A stretch of 63,237 nt of DNA, the filler included, from Stramenopiles sp. TOSAG23-6 (lineage: Eukaryota), in NCBI GenBank assembly GCA_900128565.1. It is 34 parts of 34 records of this genome, joined end to end, with 100 filler letters (N's around TTAATTAATTAA, not from the genome) between each part and the next. Parts side by side here need not be neighbours in the genome. Positions count along the whole stretch, not along the records: positions 1 to 1,777 come from LT638607.1; positions 1,878 to 3,652 come from LT638608.1; positions 3,753 to 5,527 come from LT638609.1; positions 5,628 to 7,401 come from LT638610.1; positions 7,502 to 9,275 come from LT638611.1; 29 more parts are not named here. One strand, written 5' to 3'. Shown piece after piece: positions 1 through 9,375 of this stretch. The position numbers and the translations under genes were made by a program. The stretch's first letter is position 1; the number at the start of each line of letters is the position of its first letter. Under the pieces are notes generated by a model. That model ran no database searches. It saw nothing but the letters and a program-made list of their open reading frames with translations, and was not told the DNA's origin.

Positions 1-162
1 TTTTTTTGAAAAATCTTGATTTGGAATTTTTTTGAGTGTACAAGGATGTACTATAAAATATGGAATTTTGATTTTGATGTATTGTTTTTAGTTTTTTTTG
101 TTTAGTTGTTGTTTTTATTTATCAACACATCAAGAGGATGGAAAAGATTCACCAACTCAAAC

Positions 163-1375
163 TTAAATATTTGAAAAATCCAAAATTTGTGGTACTCTAC
201 CACATGCGACAATAAACTTGACTAAGTCTTCAGGTGAAACACATGATGATGCACTGTTACTGAGTGGATGAAACCATACCTGTGACTGCTCCATGATTCG
301 AGAATCAATGATTACTTGAATCGTCATTAGCCATACGAATAGCTTTTTTATACCCTAAATGTTTGGATAATAGTTTTATATCTACCTTCGTGTCATGTAG
401 AGCAGATATTAACCATAATCCTGTGTCTTTGTCCACCTTTTTAGACAATTTTTTTGATCGTAAAAACAAATTTTTGCATTTGCCTCCTGATTCTTCACTG
501 AGATGCAGAAGCATTTCATCAACAGTGGCAGCTTTTTCGTGTTTCATGGTACGAACATTGAGGTGAAGTTTAGATAATGCTGATAAACAAAATTGTATGC
601 GTTCTTCATCTGAAGCACTACGTTTTGGGCAAGAACCGGCCTCAATGGCTACTTTATTTACAACTGGGCCATCGTTATCTTTGTTTTTTTGTTCTACTGT
701 TTTGACTTTTTTACATTTTTCTCCCTTTTGTTGCTTTTCACGATCTCGTTGTGATTCGGCCTTCTTAATGTGCGCGTTGCGTGCTCGTGCATCATCAGCA
801 CGTTCAGCAGCGTTTGATGGATTGGGCTTAAGATCAATTTGAAAACCTCCAGTGGATAATTGTTTTTGAAAAGCTTCTTTTGCTAGCGCTAAGGGGCTAG
901 TTTTTACTACCCCTCGTAAATTTGGAGGAACTGACGAAGATAGACCAACTAATGGCGCACGGGATCTACCCAAAATATGCTTATCGAGGCAGTTTTGCTC
1001 TGAGAGTTTATCACTCACGCGTTGAAACCAACACCCAATAGACGAGGACAACCGTTTTTCAGTGGTTGAAGCAAGCCCTAAAACACTGAAACAGCGCCAA
1101 AATGCAGACACATCACTTTGTGACATCTCTTCTGATCCATCAATCCAATTATGCTTTGCAAAATGTTGTTCCAAAACTGTACACGAAGCTGAAGCAGAAA
1201 TAACTTTGGTCTGTTTTGCAAAAGCTTCAATCTGCAGAGTAGATGTTTGGACACCCATATTCGCTAGCATTTGGAGTGAATTTGAAGATTCATCCGTAAA
1301 AACAGATTCATAGACGGACAATGCATCTTCTAGCTCCGCATTTGTTAACATATTCTGAGCTTTATTGAGACCCAT
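163..1375 (-). CDS. PrdX/ProXp-ala (YbaK-superfamily) aminoacyl-tRNA deacylase domain protein with N-terminal extension; internal deletion/frameshift near 320
   Basis: ORF 305..1375 ends with the PrdX N-half (HEKAATVDEM...KCKNLFLRSKK...LWLISALHDTKVDIKLLSKHLG..IRMA). The C-half (IQVIIDSRIMEQSQVWFHPLSNSASSCVSPEDLVKFI) continues in another frame to a TAA at 163-165. Confidence 0.75.
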
Positions 1376-1474
1376 TTACAATATGATTCGAAATGAATGA
1401 ATAAAGAGTCACAGACGCAACACTTATTGTTTATGACAGAAATCTAAAAAAAAAACACGAAAAAAAAACAAAAA

Positions 1475-1489
1475 AAACCCTAACCCTAG
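1475..1489. promoter_or_regulatory. Telo-box-like motif AAACCCTAACCCTAG in a divergent promoter
   Basis: About 100 nt upstream of the ATG at 1375. The identical 15-mer recurs upstream of three other genes. Confidence 0.5.
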
Positions 1490-1665
1490 GTCATGTGACT
1501 TTTGACCACACATGAGAAAGATCTTGTATTAAATTTTCGTACCTAATAGCAGTTACTCACGCGTGGATATTTTTATGACGCACAACAAAATCAGTTGGGA
1601 ATTATAAAATCTTCTTTTTGTGTTTCTAAACAGATAATTTGGGGTGATACATCTATAGATTTACT

Positions 1666-1777
1666 ATGGTTGCTCCAGGTGTTACTAGTAAGAAGAAAGG
1701 CGCAGTAGAAACACTGCGCCGTAGAATGCGTACTCGAATAATACGACGGAAACCTCCCACTCCTCCAGCTGGGAAAG
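1666..1777 (+). CDS. 5' fragment of an unknown basic protein (MVAPGVTSKKKGAVETLRRRMR...), truncated by contig end
   Basis: ATG at 1666, open to the contig end, divergent from the PrdX-domain gene. Confidence 0.4.
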
Positions 1778-1877
1778 NNNNNNNNNNNNNNNNNNNNNNN
1801 NNNNNNNNNNNNNNNNNNNNNTTAATTAATTAANNNNNNNNNNNNNNNNNNNNNNNNNNNNNNNNNNNNNNNNNNNN
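1778..1877. other. Artificial contig spacer N44-TTAATTAATTAA-N44 (first of ~33)
   Basis: The same 100-nt block, with stops in all six frames, recurs every ~1.85 kb. Confidence 0.98.
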
Positions 1878-2133
1878 TCATGAATTTCATTTTTTTTTTT
1901 TTTTTTTTTTTTTTGGAAAAAATTTTTTAAAAAAAAAAATTTTTTTTTTTTTTTTTTTTTTTTTGGTACGAAATTTTGTAACAAAAAAGATTTTTTTTTT
2001 TTAAATTTCTATAGATGTGTACATTTTCATCATGAATTTCAAATGTATTTTTAATTCCAGTGCTGTGAACTATGAAAATGTTGTACCTAACAAAACAATT
2101 TAAAAAAAATGAAAACGAAAAAATACAAAACAG

Positions 2134-3535
2134 GGAAGTCGCAAGAAAACAAGTTGATGATGAACGTTTTATTTTTTTTCAATTTCGAATTTATTTTTCA
2201 TAGTAAATTTTGTACCTAACAAATTTAAGTCTTTTTTTTTTGAAATATTTTTCCAAAATACATGGTGCACAAATTATTGATATCAATGTTGATGATGGTT
2301 TGATCGATGGGAAAAAAGCGATGAGTAAGTTTTTAAGACTAGCAATGACTGAACCCGATATATGTCGGGTTCCAATGATGATTGATTCCTCAAAATTTGA
2401 AATTATTGAAGAAGGACTAAAATGGGTTCAAGGAAAATGTTCGTTTTTAAAATTGAATGTACAATTTATATTTTTTTCATACGAAATTTTGTAACTAACG
2501 ATTTTTTTTTACCGGAAAAAAAAAATTCACAATATATCGATTGTGAATTCAATTTCTTTAAAAGTAGGATTAACAGAGTTCAAACGACAAGCTAAAATTG
2601 TAAAACGGCATGGTGCCGCTGTTATTGTGATGGCATTTGATGAAGATGGTCAAGCAGCTACGTATGCTGATAAAGTACGAATATGTAAACGATCGTATGA
2701 CATGTATGTTTTATTTTATTTTTTTTTNCNGNAAAAAAAAAANTCGAATATTTTTTTCATAGTAAATTTTGTACCTAACAAATTTTTTTAGAAAATTTTT
2801 GAAATATTTTTCCAAAATACATTCTTGTTGATCCTTTACAAGTGGGAATGGCACCAGAGGATATAATTTTCGATCCAAACATTTTAACGATTGCTACTGG
2901 ACTTCCTGAACATAATGGATATGTTTTATTTTTTTTTAATTTCGAATTTTTTTTTTCGTACGAAATTTCGTACCTAAACAAAAACGATTTTTTTTTAAAT
3001 ATTTTTTCACAATATAGGTATGCTGTTGACTTTATTCATGCGTGTAGAGAAATTAAACGAATATGTCCATTTTGTAAAATCAGTGGCGGAGTCTCAAATT
3101 TATCATTTGGATTTCGTGGAGTGAATGTTATTCGAGAAGCAATGCATTCAGTATTTTTATATCATGCCATTCAAGCTGGTATGGATATGGGTATGTACGT
3201 TTTCAATTTCGAATTTCAAATGTTTTTTTCATACGAAATTTTGTACCTAACAATTTTTTTTTGATTTTTTTTTTTTTCACAATACATTGTAAATGCTGGA
3301 ATGTTGGAAGTATATGAAGATATTGAACCGGAGCTGAGGTCTTTGGTTGAAAATGTCATCTTAAATCGTAACCAAGGCAATGACTTGACGAATGGTGGTG
3401 CTGCCACTGAAGCTTTACTTGCAAGAGCTGAGAAAGAACGCTTAATCGCCAATTCTTTGAAGAGTGGTAGTAGTGTACAGGTAGAAGTCGCGGCGTGGCG
3501 TTCGAAAACTATTGAGGAAAGATTGACACATTCAT
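2134..3535 (+). CDS. metH: Cobalamin-dependent methionine synthase, pterin-binding domain (partial, multi-exon)
   Basis: Spliced product [21 protein letters not shown]...[31 protein letters not shown]...[33 protein letters not shown]...[14 protein letters not shown]...AGMDMG/IVNAG. These are MetH motifs. Exons 2134-2161, 2264-2438, 2538-2703, 2823-2918, 3018-3194, 3288-3535. Confidence 0.95.
2162..2263 (+). other. Non-canonical intron (GA...AT variant) in metH
   Basis: GAT|gaacgtttt...tgtacctaac...ccaaaatacat|GGT restores [12 protein letters not shown]. Confidence 0.85.
2439..2537 (+). other. Non-canonical GT-AT intron in metH
   Basis: AAA T|gttcgtttt...cacaatatat|CG ATT GTG restores [12 protein letters not shown]. 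Confidence 0.85.
2704..2822 (+). other. Non-canonical GT-AT intron in metH
   Basis: GAC AT|gtatgtttt...ccaaaatacat|T CTT restores RSYD-I-LVD. Confidence 0.9.
2919..3017 (+). other. Family intron, probable AT...AG variant, 99 nt with no in-frame stop
   Basis: AAT GG|atatgtttt...cacaatatag|G TAT GCT restores EHN-G-YAVDF. The exact register is ambiguous. Confidence 0.7.
3195..3287 (+). other. Non-canonical GT-AT intron in metH
   Basis: GGT AT|gtacgtttt...cacaatacat|T GTA AAT restores the conserved GMDMG-I-VNAG. There is no AG dinucleotide in the insert. Confidence 0.92.
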
Positions 3536-3629
3536 GTATATTTTATTTTTTTTTCAAATTCGTTTTTTTTTCGTACGAAATTTTGTACCTAACGATTTTT
3601 TTTTTTTGAAATATTTTTCCAAAACACAT
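3536..3629 (+). other. GT-AT family intron
   Basis: CAT|gtatatttt...cgtacgaaattttgtacctaac...aaaacacat. The 23 nt downstream do not look like MetH (possible chimera). Confidence 0.7.
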
Positions 3630-3841
3630 GGATTGGGATGAAGACGGTCGAANNNNNNNNNNNNNNNNNNNNNNNNNNNNNNNNNNNNNNNNNNNNTTAA
3701 TTAATTAANNNNNNNNNNNNNNNNNNNNNNNNNNNNNNNNNNNNNNNNNNNNTNTGTNAAAAAAAAATAAATTCGAAATTTGTTAGGTACAAAATTTCGT
3801 ACGAAAAATAAATAAATTTGAAATTCATAATGAAAACGTTC

Positions 3842-5431
3842 TATCCTGTGCAGATGTAGGACCACGATACCAATTTAATGAGGTTATTGATCTTCTTAAT
3901 GTTGTACCATTGTATGAAGGTGGTGATGATTCAGTGTGATTCTCCAGTGTTTTTGGCTTTCTATTTTTATCTATTTTGGACGACAAAAATTCAAAAGCTA
4001 AATTTTTGACTAATGTTTCGAGTGTAGCACTTGATACTACTTTCCCTCTTGAGCCGAGTAGATGAAAAATATCTAATTCAAGTTTTTCCGTAGCCGACTT
4101 GATATTGTCTTCATTCTTTTCACCTGGCTTCATTATATTGATATTTGACTCAGTCTCTGGCCTTGGTATACTGTTGCATTGCAGAGAATTATTTACAGAA
4201 GACTGTACCTGTTGTGTTGAAAAAATATTTCAAAACACAAAAAAAATTGTTAGGACNAAANTTCGTACGNAAAAAAAAAATAAATTCGATTTTTTTGTTA
4301 AAAAAAAAAATAAAACATACCTGTAGACTTGGAAAACTGACCATATTCGGATTACAAACCATCTCAATATCTCCATCATCCGTCTTTGGTGCATGAAATG
4401 AAAAATTTAATGACACATCTTTAGAAAATTCAGAATGATTCTTCGATAAATTATTATTACTAGTATCTTTACCCTCTTTTTTTGAAATTGTCATTCTCTC
4501 ACACTGGAGGTCAACTAATGTATTTTGGAAAAATATTTCAAAAAAAATCTTAAAAGATTGTTAGGTACAAAATTTCGTATGAAAAAAATATATTTCAAAA
4601 AAAATCTTAAAAGATTGTTAGGTACAAAATTTTTATAAAAAAATAAATTAGAATTTGAAAAAAAATAAAACATACATGAACGCAACTCTTCAATAGGACT
4701 CTCGTGGCTCTGTTTGAAAGATGAATTGATTTCAGAGACTCTTTTATCTTCAATGTCTTTCAATATTTGTTTTGTGAGAACAATACCAATGGATTATGAA
4801 AAAATATTTCAAACATTAAAATCGTTAGGTACGAAATTTCGTATGAAAAAAAAAACTTAAATTAGAAATTCATATGAAACGTACATTCGTCTAACACTTT
4901 CTTCTATTTCAGTGCACCATTCAAGTACATCATTTCGCTGTCTTACATTTTGCGCTAGTATAAATATACGATCACCAACACCAAATACAAGACTGCGACC
5001 AGGGTTAATAAATTGTGAAAAATATTGTTTTTTTTTGTGGATAAAAAAAATCGTTAGGTACGACATTTTCATACAAAAAAAATAAATAAATTTGAAATTC
5101 ATGATGAAAACGTACATTAACATACTGCGGTAACGTGGACCTGTACCAAGATGATGAACATTCTGCCTTGTCAATCTCTGCCGTATTCTCATCGACCCAG
5201 ATGTTTTGTTTGATCTTTTAGTTTTAATCTCATGTCCCCTAATTTCGTGAAGTGATGTATTCTTCATATTTCGACGAATGCGAGGTGGAGAACCAGCAGC
5301 ACTACGAGAAAAACTTGGATTTATGTTCTTTGCATTTAAAAAACCAGTTGAACCAGCAGCACTACGAGAAAAACTAGTGATTGTGTTCTTCCTTTCTTTA
5401 AGAGGAATTCTTTCAGCAGAATCATGGGAAG
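3842..5431 (-). CDS. Unknown low-complexity protein, multi-exon fragment
   Basis: Minus-strand exons separated by family introns at 4209-4320 (GT-AG), 4518-4675, 4789-4884 and 5008-5115 (GT-AT), with partial copies at both contig ends. Confidence 0.6.
4209..4320 (-). other. Family intron with canonical GT-AG ends
   Basis: On the minus strand: CAG|gtatgtttt...cgtacgaa...cctaac...caacag|GT. Same body as the GT-AT copies, with AG at both boundaries. Confidence 0.75.
4518..4675 (-). other. GT-AT family intron with a tandemly duplicated core
   Basis: Two copies of aaattttgtacctaacaatcttttaagattttttttgaaatat about 57 nt apart. Confidence 0.8.
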
Positions 5432-5682
5432 ATGTATTATGAAAAAATATTTAAAAAAAAAAACTAAAATTTGTTAGGTACAAAATTACGTACGAAAAAA
5501 AATCGANTTTTTTGGTAAAAAAAAAAANNNNNNNNNNNNNNNNNNNNNNNNNNNNNNNNNNNNNNNNNNNNTTAATTAATTAANNNNNNNNNNNNNNNNN
5601 NNNNNNNNNNNNNNNNNNNNNNNNNNNTTTGTACCTAACAAATTTTAGTTTTTTTTTTTTGAAATATTTTTCCAAAATACAT

Positions 5683-7307
5683 GGCATCGATGGAAAATGG
5701 AACAATTGTTCAATTTTTGTCTCTCAAAAAAAAATGCAGTGGGTAACCAAGCTCGACATTGTTTATCACTAGTTCATTGGTTACATTGTACTGCTGATAA
5801 CGTTCGCAGTTATTGCCCTGAGGAATTACCCGAACTTGCCGAAGACTGCTGTGAACAAGCAGGAGTTTGGCTCCAACGCATTAGTGATACAATCGTTGCT
5901 GCTGCGGGATTTCTCACTCAAAAGGTTGCAAATATTGATTCCACTGGCTCTGCTTTATCATATGTTTTGGATAGAATGAATGATAAAGCACGCCCACCAC
6001 CAGGTACGGAAAGTCTTCCATGCAATCGCAAAGTTGTATTAGGAATGACAATGGCAGGACAGCATCTTTGTCAATTATGTTGGACTTTATCTTCCTCTGA
6101 AGCTGTTGTTGTATTTAATCAATTATTTTGTCCAAAATCGTTTTTGCATGCATCACTAAAAAAAGCTTTGCTTGAAGAGGTACGAGCTGCTGCACTAAAC
6201 AAACGAGATGAACCTCATCCATTATCACTTAGTGAAGATCTTCATCATTTTCTCATTGTTTTACAGGCATTTACGCATTATACTAGAATACCAGTGGGTA
6301 ATTTAATTAGGGAAGTCATGATGGAAGAAATGGATACCAGAAGCATATCTCATGTTGGAAATATTGGTCAACCTATTGTCCTTCCACAAGTTTCTAGTCC
6401 TACTTGTGTACGTTTGCAATTTCAAAGTTTTAATTTGTTTTTCGTACGAAATTTTGTACCTAATGATTTTTTTTTCGAAATATTTTTTCACAATACGTGG
6501 ACTTGCACCCACATCTTATATTGGATCTCTATGCTTATTTTTCCAGGCTACTGTGAATGAGCGATTACCCATGCGTGCGGATGCCGTAACTCAGCGAAAT
6601 GGAATTGTGCATTCTCCTTTTGCTGGTGGATATGTTCGATGGCAAAAACCAGATTGGAGACAACATTCTGTACACACATTTCCATTTTTGTGTCAACAAC
6701 AGTTTGAACCCATGTTGCGATTAATGGGACCTTTGGGGAAACGAACAGTTGATGTATGTTTTATTTTTTTTTTTTCAAATTCCAATTTTTTTTCGTACGA
6801 AATTTTGTACCTAACAAATTCTAGTTTTTTTTTTTGAAATATTTTTCCAAAATACATGCACTTCTCCTGAGTATTGCTGTGACTGGAGTTCAAAAATTAT
6901 GTCATGTTGTTATGCAAAATAGAGTTGTTTTACAGGCTTTACGAAAATCAGATGAAGATGGCACTGAACTTCTTTCATCGCTTCAAGGTGGGCGCCTCAT
7001 TGGTTTGAATGAATTTTCTCAAGTCGCAGTAAAAATAGGTCATGTAGGTTTTCATCTTTCATTTAATTTTTTTTTTTGGAAAAGTATGATATCTCACAAG
7101 TTTTATTTAAAAAAAAAAAAAAAAAAAAAAACATATATTTTTTCACAATACATTGTCTAACGATAAGAGAAATGTTGAGAAAAGCACAAGCTTCGATTGC
7201 TCATGAAGTGATGCCAGACATCCAACAATGGTCAGAAAATATGATTGGTCAAGCAAATGAGCCTCTAATGGGATTTGATCCTGCTTCATATTTAGTCGAA
7301 GAATTAT
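5683..7307 (+). CDS. NCKAP1: Nck-associated protein 1 / Hem / NAP1 (WAVE complex subunit), partial
   Basis: PGTESLPCNRKV..LCQLCWTL....VVVFNQLFCPKSFLHASL matches the Nckap1-family PGxES...F.P.EYL segment. Four family introns. Confidence 0.75.
6408..6498 (+). other. Family intron ending in GT (GT at both boundaries)
   Basis: ACT TGT|gtacgtttg...cacaatacgt|GGA CTT joins ORF 5697 to ORF 6352 in frame. Confidence 0.75.
6754..6857 (+). other. Near-consensus GT-AT intron
   Basis: GAT|gtatgttttattt...ttcgtacgaaattttgtacctaac...gaaatatttttccaaaatacat|GCA. Confidence 0.88.
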
Positions 7308-7595
7308 GTATGTTTTATTTTTTTTTTAACAAAAACATCGAATTTGTTTTTATAGTAAATTTTGTACCTAACAATTTTTTTTAGATTTTTTTTGAAATAT
7401 TNNNNNNNNNNNNNNNNNNNNNNNNNNNNNNNNNNNNNNNNNNNNTTAATTAATTAANNNNNNNNNNNNNNNNNNNNNNNNNNNNNNNNNNNNNNNNNNN
7501 NTTTTTTTTTTTTTTTTGTATGATTTTTTTTTCGTACGAAATTTTGTACCTAACAAATATTTTTTTTTTTTGTGAAATATTTTTCCAAAATTCAT

Positions 7596-9216
7596 GTATG
7601 CAAAAAAGGAGGCGGTCATGGAGGAACTTAATCAGGACAATCGTAAAGAAAAATGTGCTACATCATTTTATCGTCACAAAGTATTGACCAAATCTTTTGT
7701 ACGTTTATTTACAGCGACAAACATTCGCAATTCCATTGCTTTTCAGTTTCGCTTTTCGAAAGAATGTCATCGTGTGATTCAAGCTTGGAGAATTGAAACG
7801 AAGAAAATCGTACAGAGAAAGAAAGAGAGGAAAGTTGCAGATGTATACTTAAATAATACAAAATCATTATCTAGACCTCAACAACATCTTAAAAGGAACT
7901 CATACACTGCAGAATTTAAGAAACGTAAAAAAGACAAAATACGACAAAATATTGCAGAAGGACACGAAAAACGACGTCGTTTAATGGCTGAAACAGAAGT
8001 TAACTGGCGAAATCAAAATATACATGTAGAGAATAGAAATCAAAATATAGCTGTAGAGAATAGACGTGGATTGGCACTCCGAAGAAAAATGGTCAAATCT
8101 ATACGAAATGGAGAAACAAAAAAAGAAAAAAAACAGGTTGGAAATTCCTCACAGGCTTATGGAGAAACAAAAAATGAAAAAAAACAGGTTGGAAATCCCT
8201 CACAGGCTCATGTCGCAAATACTTTTAATGATGACCCCGAGCCCAGAAAAATTACACCACAGCCATATTCTACAAATAGTATAGAGAATATAGTATCTTC
8301 AAATCACAAGAATAATTCTACAAATAGTATAGAGAATATAGTATCTTCAAATCACAAGAATACTGATTTTGAAATTGAAAAGCTTGAAAAGAAAGTTTTG
8401 AATTTGGTTATGAAGCAATATAGCATTTCAAAGGATCAAGATGGTACAAATCAAGTATCAATATGTATGTTTTAATTTTTTTCAAATTTGTTTTTTTTTC
8501 GTACGCAATTTTGTACCTAACGATTTTTTTTTTGAAATATTTTTCTAAAATACATGTCGACGAGGGTTTTATTTATTATTACGAGATTGTGGTTTGTTAT
8601 GTGGTAATGAGGATAGAGCAAAACGACGAGGTGTTCGTTTTCATCATGAATTTCGATTTTTTTTTTCATAGAAATTTTTGTACCTAACAAAAAAATCAAA
8701 ATTTTCAAATATGTTTTCACAATACATGGTTTTGGTTTAAATTTATTAGACCTTTGTAGAATTTGGGAAGTATCATTTAGCCATGTAGATGAACCAGAAA
8801 CTCAAAAGCTTCGAAGGGCGCTTGCTGCGGTATGTAAAAATTTGAGCAGTAATAATCCTCAAAAATGTTTATCTCGAATGATAGTTGATTCGATTTTACC
8901 TGTTGTGTTTCATTCAAATGTATGTTTTATTTTTTTTCAAATTCGATTTTTTTTCATACGAAATTTCGTACCTAACGATTTTTTTTTGAAATATTTTTTC
9001 AAAATACATGATATTAATATCAATGAAACATACAAATCTATAACCGAATATAATGTGGACAGATTTATTCCAATCGGAAGTCTTAGTAGAAAAGTTACAC
9101 AACTTTTTTATGATTACCGTAAAATTATTCAAGATGCATTCAAACATTTGACAAATTCGGTAGTTCCACAAACTTCAAAAGTAAGAGACATTCGAAAAAT
9201 TATTCAAGTCGGTGAT
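7596..9216 (+). CDS. Unknown protein, multi-exon fragment
   Basis: Frame stays open after removing GT-AT introns 8465-8555, 8633-8727 and 8920-9009. Short internal tandem duplications. Confidence 0.65.
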
Positions 9217-9375
9217 GTACGTTTTATTTTTTTTTTTTGTATGAATTTTTTTTCGTACGAAATTTTGTACCTAACNNNNNNNNNNNNNNNNNNNNNNNNN
9301 NNNNNNNNNNNNNNNNNNNTTAATTAATTAANNNNNNNNNNNNNNNNNNNNNNNNNNNNNNNNNNNNNNNNNNNN

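Noticed and set aside
1778-1877. Regularly spaced TTAATTAATTAA motif as a biological repeat or CRISPR-like array
   Set aside because: Always flanked by 44 Ns on each side. It is a synthetic six-frame-stop linker between contigs, so gene neighbourhoods across it mean nothing.
2702-2820. Classical U12 AT-AC introns
   Set aside because: The AT..AC register is formally possible at many junctions. However, the ATATCCTT donor and TCCTTAAC branch are absent, the branch-to-acceptor distance is long, and AC is less conserved than the AT that follows. Not fully excluded without cDNA.
3195-3287. Ciliate-type IES removed at DNA level
   Set aside because: The boundary repeat is AT rather than TA, the inserts are strand-polarised with donor- and branch-like motifs, and the genes use the standard code. 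RNA splicing fits better.
2162-3629. The recurrent 25-nt palindromic core as a CRISPR repeat or bacterial REP element
   Set aside because: Spacing is irregular, the intervening DNA is eukaryotic exon sequence, there are no cas genes, and orientation follows the host gene.
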